A stretch of DNA of 64,000 nt, from the NCBI GenBank assembly GCA_033764955.1, contig JANRIL010000020.1, positions 1 through 64,000 of the forward strand, written 5' to 3'. The number at the start of each line of letters is the position of its first letter. The first letter of the stretch is position 1. The DNA comes from Cyanobacteriota bacterium (lineage in GTDB: Bacteria > Cyanobacteriota > Cyanobacteriia > Thermostichales > Thermostichaceae). The translations under genes were made by a program, and so were the position numbers. The notes beneath the pieces were generated by a model. It was not told the DNA's origin. It searched no databases and worked only from the letters and a program-made list of their open reading frames with translations. Below, piece after piece: positions 1 through 7,781 of this stretch.

Positions 1-36
1 GTGCTCAACGCCTTACGGCATCAAAGGTAGAGGCAC
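1..36 (-). CRISPR. Leader-proximal CRISPR repeat GTGCCTCTACCTTTGATGCCGTAAGGCGTTGAGCAC (36 nt); array presumably continues left of the window
   Basis: 36-nt unit with GTG...CAC ends and a GATGCC-GTAA-GGCGTT hairpin, typical of cyanobacterial I-B/Myxan repeats; 250 bp downstream of cas2. Only one full copy is visible. Confidence 0.85.
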
Positions 37-288
37 GGCGACCTCTGAAACGCTTGCCACACAAACCCTGAGGAGCAGTTCGACAAGTATATCTGAAATA
101 TCCCTCCTAAAACTAACTGAAGACAATCAAACCATTCCAAATAACTTAGCTCAAAACTAAGCCCAGAAGGGCATTCCACCTTTTGCAGGCACCCCCAATC
201 CATCCAAAACATCTGAAGCGCCCAACCAATAACAGTTTTAGAGATAACATCCCTCTCCAAGGGTCTTACAGCCAGGGATCCCTGTTTT
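37..288 (-). promoter_or_regulatory. CRISPR leader
   Basis: Non-coding, relatively AT-rich stretch between the cas2 stop and the first repeat, ending ...GCAAGCGTTTCAGAGGTCGCC directly before the repeat. Confidence 0.7.
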
Positions 289-582
289 TCAGAAGATTTG
301 ATAGCTGCCCTGCTGCTCCGGCCAGCTTTCAGGCCGATTAGAGGCGATCACCCGCTCTACGCAACGGTTGCAGATGCCCGTAATCAAAAGGCTATCCTCG
401 GCGTTAAGGATCTTTTCTAACTCCCAACGCAGTTTCTCTCGCTCTCGCAACGTCAACCAACTGCGAAATATTGAATACTGGATCCGTTCTCCATAGCTTT
501 CCAAGAGCTTGTAAGCTTTGCGCCAGCGCTTGGGACAGCGAATGTCGTAGCAAATCAAGTAGCAAACCTTGTGCTCAGCCAT
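289..582 (-). CDS. cas2: CRISPR-associated endonuclease Cas2
   Basis: 97 aa; YLICYDI and RIQYSIF motifs; directly after cas1. Confidence 0.95.
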   Translation of the reverse strand: MAEHKVCYLICYDIRCPKRWRKAYKLLESYGERIQYSIFRSWLTLREREKLRWELEKILNAEDSLLITGICNRCVERVIASNRPESWPEQQGSYQIF

Positions 583-585
583 CCT

Positions 586-2277
586 TCACCTCACCACCAA
601 CTGAGCAAAAAGTCCCGCTTCACCCATCCACTCTTTTTCCAACAGACGCACCTCCAGTTCCAGCAAACGGCGATAGGTGAGGGAATATCCGGTGACTGGA
701 TGCTTCCATTTCTCCTGTTTACGTTGTTCGTAGATGGCAATGAATTTTTTGCGCCCCCCATCACTCAGCCACACCTGCTCCCCGCGAATTGTGAAATCAG
801 CTTGGGGATCCCATTGCCCACGATTGACGGAGGCCACAATGGGCATATCCACCAACGGCACCCGAAAAATCTCCATCAGATCCAACGCCAAGGGCGCAGC
901 TTGGGATCGGGGCTGATGATAAAAGCCCAGAGCCGGTTCTAGCCCCACCGTCAAAATGGCGTTCATCACATCCTTGAGCAGCAACGCATAGCCAAACCCC
1001 AGCAGGGCATTAAACCGATCCTTCGGAGGCCGCCGATTTCGTCCGGCAAAGTGCATCTCTGTTGGCACAGATTCCGTCAACGCTTGGGGCAACGCGCCAA
1101 AATAGAGCGCCGCCAAATTGCCTTCCAGCCCCAACAAACTCGCCAACGAATCGGCCTTGCTCACCTGCTTGAGCACCCGCTTCATCTGCTCGATGGCTTG
1201 CTCCAGCTCTGGCGGACGCAGGGATCCCGCCCCAGCACGCATCAAAAATTTGCGCTGACTTTGCCCGCGACAGGCTACCAGTTTTTGCGCCAAGCTCAGA
1301 CACATCTCCGGCTGAGTGAGGGCTTGATATTGCCGGATGCGGCGCTGAATGCTGCCCCCACGGGGATCCACACTGCCCACGTAGCGCCCACCGCCGGAGA
1401 CAAAATGGATCCCGATCTGTTCTTCGGCACACAGATGAATGGCTTGGGTCGAGATTTGCGAGAAGCTATGCAGCACCACTTGCCCCGTCTGTTGCACCGC
1501 AACAAACTCTTCGGCTTGGTCTTTGTGGGTGATCTTGAGCCGCGATCCACTTCGACCCACTCGCATTCCCGGCTCTAGGATATGCACACATTGCCGCTCG
1601 TCATCCTCAGGAAATAGGCGAACGGGGTGCCACTCTTGGTCATGGGCGAGCCGTGCTTCTTCCGGCAGACACACCGGAGCCAATGAACATCGGGCACAGA
1701 GACGTTCATTGTCAGTCACCGGAGGCCGTAGTGGAGATTGACGCAGGAGTCTAGCTAGGTGAATCGCCTCTCGCACTTCCGATCGTCTCGCGTCATCGAG
1801 GGGCACAGACACCAACACATTGTCAGCGTGGTAGCGGATTCGCCCCTCTGGAATCGGGATCCCTAGAGCCATTTCCATCAGATAGGCATAAGCCAAGATT
1901 TGTAGGCGGTCACTTTCCCAGGCTTGGGGATGATTGTCGGGATCCCGTGCGGCGCGACCCCGTTTGTGCTCGTAGGGAATCGTCTGTCCATCGCGGGTAC
2001 GCAGGGCATCCACCCGCCCGCGCAAGCCCAATTCCGCACTTTCCAGGAATAAATCTTCCCATTCTTCCCCTTCTTTTTTTTCCAGTTCGATGTGTAATCT
2101 TCTCCCGGCAAATACCGCTGCATCTTGGGTATAGAGTTCTTCGACTTCTTCGAGATAAAATAAGCGGGGACAATAGGCTAAAGCGTGTAAAGCAGAGACA
2201 CGAATGGGATCCAGATCCGTTTGAACTAAGGGATCTGTAAGCATTGTCGGCATGGTCGCGTAAGCGTTGCGTGGCAT
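586..2277 (-). CDS. cas1: Cas4-Cas1 fusion (type I-MYXAN)
   Basis: N-terminal Cas4 (YCPR, GRVD, EHKRG, CxxCxxxxxC) fused to Cas1 (LLGLEG...YF, RNRRPPKDRFNALL, GFYH, LDLMEIFR); start uncertain (ATG 2277 follows GGAG). Confidence 0.95.
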   Translation of the reverse strand: MPRNAYATMPTMLTDPLVQTDLDPIRVSALHALAYCPRLFYLEEVEELYTQDAAVFAGRRLHIELEKKEGEEWEDLFLESAELGLRGRVDALRTRDGQTIPYEHKRGRAARDPDNHPQAWESDRLQILAYAYLMEMALGIPIPEGRIRYHADNVLVSVPLDDARRSEVREAIHLARLLRQSPLRPPVTDNERLCARCSLAPVCLPEEARLAHDQEWHPVRLFPEDDERQCVHILEPGMRVGRSGSRLKITHKDQAEEFVAVQQTGQVVLHSFSQISTQAIHLCAEEQIGIHFVSGGGRYVGSVDPRGGSIQRRIRQYQALTQPEMCLSLAQKLVACRGQSQRKFLMRAGAGSLRPPELEQAIEQMKRVLKQVSKADSLASLLGLEGNLAALYFGALPQALTESVPTEMHFAGRNRRPPKDRFNALLGFGYALLLKDVMNAILTVGLEPALGFYHQPRSQAAPLALDLMEIFRVPLVDMPIVASVNRGQWDPQADFTIRGEQVWLSDGGRKKFIAIYEQRKQEKWKHPVTGYSLTYRRLLELEVRLLEKEWMGEAGLFAQLVVR

Positions 2278-2313
2278 GATCAATCAACTCCAAATGGTGA
2301 GGAATGAAAGAAC

Positions 2314-2333
2314 ACGCCTAACGGCATCAAAGG
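2314..2333 (-). repeat. Solitary degenerate CRISPR repeat core
   Basis: ACGCCTAACGGCATCAAAGG (+) matches repeat positions 8-27 at 19/20; the only mismatch is in the hairpin loop. Confidence 0.85.
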
Positions 2334-2389
2334 ATATATTTCTTGAACAGTAAAGACTCAATGGTAGATGAGGGAAGCAATCTGTTTTA

Positions 2390-2749
2390 TCAGATTTTTC
2401 GCTTGAAGGGAATATACTCGACCACATTTTCCCACTCTTTAAGGTCTGAAACTTGGGCAATCAGCTCTAGATCCATGACAAACTGCCCAATTGTTCCTCC
2501 TAGTTGATGACCAAAAATTAGTCCAGAGAAAGGTTTGCCCTCTTGCTGCCATTCTTCTGCCAGAGCACGAAAGCGAATATCTTGAGTAAATAGAAGCCTA
2601 TTGAGTTGTTTTGCCCGCTCCAAGAGTTGATCATCGGGGAGCTGATCACTGTTGTCTTCAATAGCTGTCATGACATCTATTCCTCTTCGGCGAAGCTGAT
2701 CAGTAATAGATTGAGGGATATGAACATCCATATACAAAGAAACTGACAC
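2390..2749 (-). CDS. DUF5615 PIN-like toxin (VapC45-type)
   Basis: LYMDVHIP, DDQLLERA, LFTQDIRF motifs; GTG start overlaps the TAG of the upstream DUF433 gene. Confidence 0.85.
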   Translation of the reverse strand: MSVSLYMDVHIPQSITDQLRRRGIDVMTAIEDNSDQLPDDQLLERAKQLNRLLFTQDIRFRALAEEWQQEGKPFSGLIFGHQLGGTIGQFVMDLELIAQVSDLKEWENVVEYIPFKRKI

Positions 2750-3066
2750 TAGAAAACTCCTCTTGTTTTCATCCTGAGATAGAAAGGTGATTGAGGAATT
2801 TGGACTAATTCTTTCTGGACTCGTTGCCATTCATCCTGAATCTCTTGATCAATATCAGCTTGATGATCGAAGTAGTAAGCCATAGCAGCATGGGCTTCTG
2901 CCAAAGTGAGATAGGGATGTTGGCGACACATTTCCTCCACTGACCAACCATAGGCAAGGTAATCCATTACGATCTGGGCTATCCTGATTCGTGGATGGCT
3001 TGCTAGGCTAGGTGAGTGGTCATCATTTTTCTGGATGTGAGGATAATTGAATTGAGAGATTTTCAT
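2749..3066 (-). CDS. DUF433 antitoxin (VapB45-type)
   Basis: RIRIAQIV...GWSVEEMCRQHPYLTLAEAHAAMAYY DUF433 signature; coupled to the PIN gene. Confidence 0.85.
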   Translation of the reverse strand: MKISQFNYPHIQKNDDHSPSLASHPRIRIAQIVMDYLAYGWSVEEMCRQHPYLTLAEAHAAMAYYFDHQADIDQEIQDEWQRVQKELVQIPQSPFYLRMKTRGVF

Positions 3067-3113
3067 GGTTTAAGCTCTTGAACCAGTAGATTATTTAAGG
3101 ATAGCCTAGAAGT

Positions 3114-3731
3114 CTAAAATTCAGGTTCTGCGAAAAAGTCAGCTAGATCCAAAGTGAAGCCTGGAATGACATCTCCTCCATCCAAGAGATCCCCCGGTCG
3201 CTTGAACTGATCCGGATGAGGTTGGTGATAAACCAAAACATACTGTTCATCGGGATGAATAATCCACACTAGACGGGATCCATTTTCAAAATACTCAACT
3301 ATCTTTTCGTGAATTTCCTCAACAGTATTGCCCGGAGAGAGGATTTCGACCGCAAGATCTGGGGATCCCTCGATATAGCCTGTGGGGATCCCGCCTAAGG
3401 ATTTGATTCGCTCTTTCGAGAAAAAGGAACAGTCAGGGGATCGACGATTACCAGATATCATTTTGAATGAGGTATCGGAATCAAAGACAAATCCCATTTT
3501 TCGCTCACGAGCATAAGCAGTTAAGAAAAAGCTGATTAAAGTAACGTAGTATCCATGTCTTGCCCCAGCCGCACCCATAACAATCAGTTCTCCATTCACA
3601 AGTTCATAACGATTACCGTCATCAGGGAGAGCCATAAACTCTGCATCTGTCCAGATTTTTTGGGTGGGTTCTGCCAGAGAGATTAGCAGGGATCCCTCTT
3701 TTGATTCCATTTTTGCTTGGGTGCCAGCCAT
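3114..3731 (-). CDS. Uma2 (DUF820) family PD-(D/E)XK endonuclease
   Basis: RYELVNGEL, RSPDCSF, PDLAVEILSP, EYFENGSRLVWIIHP; start moved to ATG 3731 behind a GAGGA RBS. Confidence 0.9.
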   Translation of the reverse strand: MAGTQAKMESKEGSLLISLAEPTQKIWTDAEFMALPDDGNRYELVNGELIVMGAAGARHGYYVTLISFFLTAYARERKMGFVFDSDTSFKMISGNRRSPDCSFFSKERIKSLGGIPTGYIEGSPDLAVEILSPGNTVEEIHEKIVEYFENGSRLVWIIHPDEQYVLVYHQPHPDQFKRPGDLLDGGDVIPGFTLDLADFFAEPEF

Positions 3732-3775
3732 AGTTATGTCCTCAACTTCTTTGCCTTTCACTGTCAATCTGTTTT
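3689..3775. repeat. 87-bp direct repeat, copy A (copy B at 4604-4690)
   Basis: Ungapped manual alignment gives 75/87 identity; covers the cas5 stop region, RBS and first Uma2 codons; both copies start at GGGATCCC. Confidence 0.9.
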
Positions 3776-3900
3776 CAATCTTTTTCTTTTTTCCTTGCCT
3801 AAGGAAGATAAGAAGGATAGGGGTGAGGTTCTCTATAGTACATAACAAAGCCATAAGAAAAACTTGTACACGGACATTCCAGATAAAAGATATGACTCAT
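3775..3900 (-). pseudogene. cas5: Internally deleted relic of a second cas5
   Basis: Translates as MSHIFYLECPCTSFSYGFVMYYREPHPYPSYLP*ARKKEKD*; intact cas5 begins MQLYIDCPCTSFPRSFARDYKETYQYP and has a K-rich end; same AAAACAGATTG at the stop. Confidence 0.8.
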
Positions 3901-4241
3901 ATTTCTGCATCGAGTAATTTTTCTAGAGATGGAATTAACAAGGGGATATCAACTTGAATAGTCTGCCAGAGAATATCTAGGTTGACAGAAAAATATGCAT
4001 GAACTAATCTATTCCGCATTGCAATAATTTGTGGCCAAGGAATTTCTGGATGTTGAGCTTGGCGATCAGGGGAAATACTGGATACCGCTTCGCCAATGCT
4101 TTCAATCAGTTTTACAAGGGCTAACTGCAAGAGTTCATTTTTATCTAAATCCTCACGAATGCTATCTCTTGTAAATTCTAGAGCTTTTCTGCTGGCATCG
4201 ATCATGTGTAGTATGCGGGTGCGATCATCAATGGCAGACAT
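3897..4241 (-). CDS. HEPN (DUF86, HepT-like) RNase toxin
   Basis: MRNRLVHAY = RX4HXY motif; overlaps the MNT gene. Confidence 0.9.
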   Translation of the reverse strand: MSAIDDRTRILHMIDASRKALEFTRDSIREDLDKNELLQLALVKLIESIGEAVSSISPDRQAQHPEIPWPQIIAMRNRLVHAYFSVNLDILWQTIQVDIPLLIPSLEKLLDAEI

Positions 4242-4542
4242 ATTGCACCACTGCCGAATCTAAAACCTTTTGTCGAAAGTAAGGACTCAGATCATTAGCA
4301 GTTCTGAGGTCTACTTTCCACTGAAGTAATTCACTTAATTCTAGTTCCATCCCTGCTAGGGAGATGAGTCCCGGTATATGATCCGGGTCAAATTCCACCA
4401 GAAAGTCTATGTCGCTTTCAGTGGTGAAGTCTGATCGCAAAACCGACCCAAATACGGATAGTTTATTAATATGATGTCGTTGACAGAATTCAGTGATTTG
4501 AGGCTGAAACTTTTTGAGATCGATGGATGTTGTGGTACTCAT
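4228..4542 (-). CDS. Minimal nucleotidyltransferase antitoxin (MntA-like)
   Basis: FGSVLRSDFTTESDIDFLVEF = GSX10DXD; AGGAGG RBS before ATG 4542. Confidence 0.9.
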   Translation of the reverse strand: MSTTTSIDLKKFQPQITEFCQRHHINKLSVFGSVLRSDFTTESDIDFLVEFDPDHIPGLISLAGMELELSELLQWKVDLRTANDLSPYFRQKVLDSAVVQYVCH

Positions 4543-4583
4543 ATAACCTCCTTTTTTTGGTTGCGATTCTTGAGTCACTAATT

Positions 4584-4646
4584 TTAGGTAAGACTTAGCT
4601 TTCGGGATCCCTCTTTTGATTCCATTTCTTCTTGGGTGCTAGTCAT
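4584..4646 (-). pseudogene. 20-codon stub of a Uma2 gene 5' end
   Basis: MTSTQEEMESKEGS vs MAGTQAKMESKEGS of the intact Uma2; homology ends at GGGATCCC 4604-4611. Confidence 0.75.
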
Positions 4647-4689
4647 AGTTATGTCCTCAATTCTTGTTCTTTTCGCTGCCAATCTGTTT

Positions 4690-5376
4690 TTAGGGCTTGT
4701 CCTTTTGTTTTTTCTTGTCTTTGTCTTTTGCCTTTCCCAAAAGTGGTTGAATCCGATCTGCTTTTGGGATCCTAACATAACAATCATCTTGAAGCTGATT
4801 GCTCCAAGAAAATCTTTGGAAAGTGCCCTGTCCAGTATCTCGATCAATCCAAATTGGCAGACCAATTAAGCCTCGATTATCCTTGATCAGCCATCGGATG
4901 TTGCCATCAGATTCTCGATATTGCCGAACACCATTGATCATTGCCCAAGATTCACCAAGGCTTGGTCCACCAAAACGGGTGATTTGATTGGGCGTAGAAA
5001 GGGCGATTGTTAATCGATCAGTGAGTTTCACAGTTGCGACCTCATCCTCAGAGTTAATCTGTACTGCTACTTGGAGATCTGTCAAAAGCTCATGATGATT
5101 AGGTTTTGAGAACTTACTGGTAGGATAAGTACCCATATGAGTTTTGCTGAACTTATGATGACGTTGCTTTCGCACAATTCGTGAAATGGGCGGATCCTCC
5201 CCAATAATGCCAATCGCTAACTTCACCCCGCGATGGACTTCCATATCCACCTCCCCTACAAGAGACAGCAACAGCCCGTAAACCGTAGAAGGCGGGGGAT
5301 ACTGGTAGGTTTCCTTATAATCTCGTGCGAAGCTGCGAGGAAAACTGGTGCAAGGACAGTCAATATAAAGCTGCAT
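4690..5376 (-). CDS. cas5: Cas5 (Cmx5/DevS)
   Basis: ETYQYPPPSTVYGLLLSLVGE and SLGESW motifs; TAATG overlap with cas7. Confidence 0.92.
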   Translation of the reverse strand: MQLYIDCPCTSFPRSFARDYKETYQYPPPSTVYGLLLSLVGEVDMEVHRGVKLAIGIIGEDPPISRIVRKQRHHKFSKTHMGTYPTSKFSKPNHHELLTDLQVAVQINSEDEVATVKLTDRLTIALSTPNQITRFGGPSLGESWAMINGVRQYRESDGNIRWLIKDNRGLIGLPIWIDRDTGQGTFQRFSWSNQLQDDCYVRIPKADRIQPLLGKAKDKDKKKQKDKP

Positions 5377-6236
5377 TAGGCATTTACCTCCTTTTTGAGC
5401 AATGACTTAGCGGCAGTGATCGCTTCTTTAACCCCACGGTTAACTTGCACCCCTAATACCGCTAACTTTTGGCCATAGGGTGTATCAGCAATTTCCCCGG
5501 CCACTATCAATTCGCTGGCTGCTACATCACCGACTTCGACCAATCGGAGCAGTTTTGGACAGCCAACGGCATCACCCATCCGTTTGAAACAATCCATAAT
5601 CCAGGGACTTGGATCCTCCGTTACGCGAATGACGATTGACTCTGGGTGAAAGTCATATAGAAAACGAGCGTGGTTTCCCCCTACATGTCGTACAGCCGTG
5701 ATTGCATCCAACGCAAGAGCAGCCCGTGCAGGATCTTTCAAGCTGTCAGGAGTCAGTGCAACTGTGTATTGGTAAGCTGTGTAGTGAACTTCAGTGCTAT
5801 GGATAGAAGTTTTACCCTTTTCGCCACCTTTTGAACCAAAGGCAATATCTCCCCAGTAGGGATCCAGGCTGATGGCACGGCTGATTTCTAGTGCACCCCG
5901 TCGTTTAGTTGTTGCATCCTCATTGTCTTTACCTTTTTTAGCATCCATGTAGCCAAACAAATCATCGTCAATATAGGTGGTTGCGTTAAAGACCTCAGCT
6001 TTGAAGCTGTATTTATCAGTGTTTGGATCAAAGGTACGATTGGTTTCTGCCTCATTATTGTTCTGGAAATACTCTCGTAATCCCCAGCGAATGGCTTCCG
6101 CACTGATGGTGGTGTACTGGTCGTGGCCACGAGTGATTTTTTGCAGTGTGGACAAGGTGCTGCCATCTCCTTCGCCTCGGTTATTGGCAGCAACAGCAGT
6201 AGCTGTAACGATGGTGGCGAACAAATGCTTAGACAT
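5376..6236 (-). CDS. cas7: Cas7 (DevR family)
   Basis: AANNRGEGDG, SAEAIRWGLR, YIDDDLFGYM, GGNHARFLYDF motifs. Confidence 0.92.
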   Translation of the reverse strand: MSKHLFATIVTATAVAANNRGEGDGSTLSTLQKITRGHDQYTTISAEAIRWGLREYFQNNNEAETNRTFDPNTDKYSFKAEVFNATTYIDDDLFGYMDAKKGKDNEDATTKRRGALEISRAISLDPYWGDIAFGSKGGEKGKTSIHSTEVHYTAYQYTVALTPDSLKDPARAALALDAITAVRHVGGNHARFLYDFHPESIVIRVTEDPSPWIMDCFKRMGDAVGCPKLLRLVEVGDVAASELIVAGEIADTPYGQKLAVLGVQVNRGVKEAITAAKSLLKKEVNA

Positions 6237-6271
6237 GATTAATTCTCCTAGAAACCATGAACTTGGAAAAA

Positions 6272-6694
6272 CTATACACTCATTGAAAACATCTCAGCTT
6301 CTTCTGGATCCGATTCAACAACAGATTCGATCTGCACTTCTGCCCCATCCAGGGCATCCCCTTTCTTGCTGGTGTAGGTGGCGATTGCTAACAGAGTCAG
6401 ATCCCTTGCCTGCCGCCAGTTCGCTTCCCGATGAACCCAGTGATAAATTTGTGCACCTGCTGCTCTCCCTGCTTTGCTACGAAACTGGCTCAAGAAATCA
6501 ACGAGCGCGGTGGCAAATTCCTGTTGAGTGCTGGGGCGTTGCATCCGATAAATCACTTTATCCGTGACTTGTCCATAATCCAGCTTGCGCCCCTGCTTTT
6601 GAGCCTGTTTGAATTGTCCGTACAGGTAGTTGCTAAAAGCTCCCTGCACCGCATCAAATAGCACTTGTTCTTCAGCATTAAGATATTCAGTCAT
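6272..6694 (-). CDS. cas11: Probable Cas11 small subunit translated internally from cas8
   Basis: In-frame ATG (MTEYLNAEEQ...) preceded by AAAGGA 9 nt upstream; 140-aa helical C-terminal domain. Confidence 0.65.
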   Translation of the reverse strand: MTEYLNAEEQVLFDAVQGAFSNYLYGQFKQAQKQGRKLDYGQVTDKVIYRMQRPSTQQEFATALVDFLSQFRSKAGRAAGAQIYHWVHREANWRQARDLTLLAIATYTSKKGDALDGAEVQIESVVESDPEEAEMFSMSV

Positions 6695-7777
6695 TTTTAC
6701 CAATCCTTTGCGTTCATAAACACCATTCTGTTTGCGAAATCCGAAAAATCCCTGATACCAGGGTTTTTCAGCTACCAAGTTGTCACAGATCCAGGGCAGT
6801 ATTTTTGAGATTGCCAACCAGGTTTCGCCTTTGCCGGTTTGCTTTACCTGGGCTGGAAAGAGTTGCCGAGCAATGTCGTACAGCTCTAGCACGGCATCAT
6901 TCACCTGCACTCGATAAACTGCTTGTTTGAGAAATGACTGATTCGCATCCCAAACTTGCTTGCCAAGCTGGTAGACCTCGCAATAATCGACTCGAAATTG
7001 TTGGGCATCTTCGAGTGTTTTCTCCTGCAACAAGAAGTGCAGCGCGGATTCGCCCGCCCCACTGCTGCGGAAGTCTCGATAGGTACGACCCGACAGATTT
7101 TGACGGCTTCTGACCCAATGCGTTAGATGGGTGACATTGGGAATGACAACCGCTGATCGTCCTGCGAGCTTGCCACCGACAGACTGAGCCGGAAGCTTGT
7201 AATACCCGCAGGCGATCGGAAGAAACAACAGCGCCAAAAATCCCTCTGGTGACTCCTGATAGGCACCGTTGACAAAGCACTCCACTAATCCGGGTAAATG
7301 ATGCCCTTTTAGCGAAATCTCTTTCTTGAATGTACCTTTGCTGTTGAATGCTTCCTTGATGTCATCAGTGTAGTAGCAGTTCAACAATGGGCGTACATCA
7401 ATTCTGATTTCCGGTTGTCCTTCATCAATTGTGAAACCTCTAGTAATAGGTGTATCTAAACTCCGCTGTTGGCTGTGTTGCAGAAATGTCGATAACACAC
7501 CCTGAGTAAAGGTGTAATGCCCTTGATCATCGAGCTTCAGGGCTGGAACCTTGAGATAGCCATCGGCAGTGATTTGATAAGTCTGGTCGAGCAGCCATTT
7601 AACCACTGCAAAATCGCTGCCTTCCCATGCTAATTTCACAGCTTCGTCTGTCACCTCCCAGGTCAACGGTGCATCCTTATGGGGCAGTACAGAGAGCGCC
7701 AATGCTAACCCGGCAATGCCTGCGCGGTGGGGTAGCAAAGTATTTGGGTCAAAAATCGATAGTGTAAATTCTGTCAA
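6272..7777 (-). CDS. cas8: Cas8b (Cmx8) large subunit
   Basis: TLLPHRAGIAGL N-terminal motif; lies between cas3 and cas7; TTG start at 7777 behind AGGAGG. Confidence 0.88.
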   Translation of the reverse strand: MTEFTLSIFDPNTLLPHRAGIAGLALALSVLPHKDAPLTWEVTDEAVKLAWEGSDFAVVKWLLDQTYQITADGYLKVPALKLDDQGHYTFTQGVLSTFLQHSQQRSLDTPITRGFTIDEGQPEIRIDVRPLLNCYYTDDIKEAFNSKGTFKKEISLKGHHLPGLVECFVNGAYQESPEGFLALLFLPIACGYYKLPAQSVGGKLAGRSAVVIPNVTHLTHWVRSRQNLSGRTYRDFRSSGAGESALHFLLQEKTLEDAQQFRVDYCEVYQLGKQVWDANQSFLKQAVYRVQVNDAVLELYDIARQLFPAQVKQTGKGETWLAISKILPWICDNLVAEKPWYQGFFGFRKQNGVYERKGLVKMTEYLNAEEQVLFDAVQGAFSNYLYGQFKQAQKQGRKLDYGQVTDKVIYRMQRPSTQQEFATALVDFLSQFRSKAGRAAGAQIYHWVHREANWRQARDLTLLAIATYTSKKGDALDGAEVQIESVVESDPEEAEMFSMSV

Positions 7778-7781
7778 AATC

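Noticed and set aside
21..260. 79-aa ORF across the leader and repeat
   Set aside because: Runs through the CRISPR leader and repeat with no protein features; most other ORFs nested in assigned genes were dismissed as shadow frames in the same way
2341..2353. TACTGTTCAAGA next to the solitary repeat resembles TACTGGTTCAAGA upstream of the DUF433 antitoxin (3077-3089), suggesting a CreA-like guide/target pair
   Set aside because: The match needs a 1-nt gap in the seed region, is short, and has no convincing 5' handle or PAM
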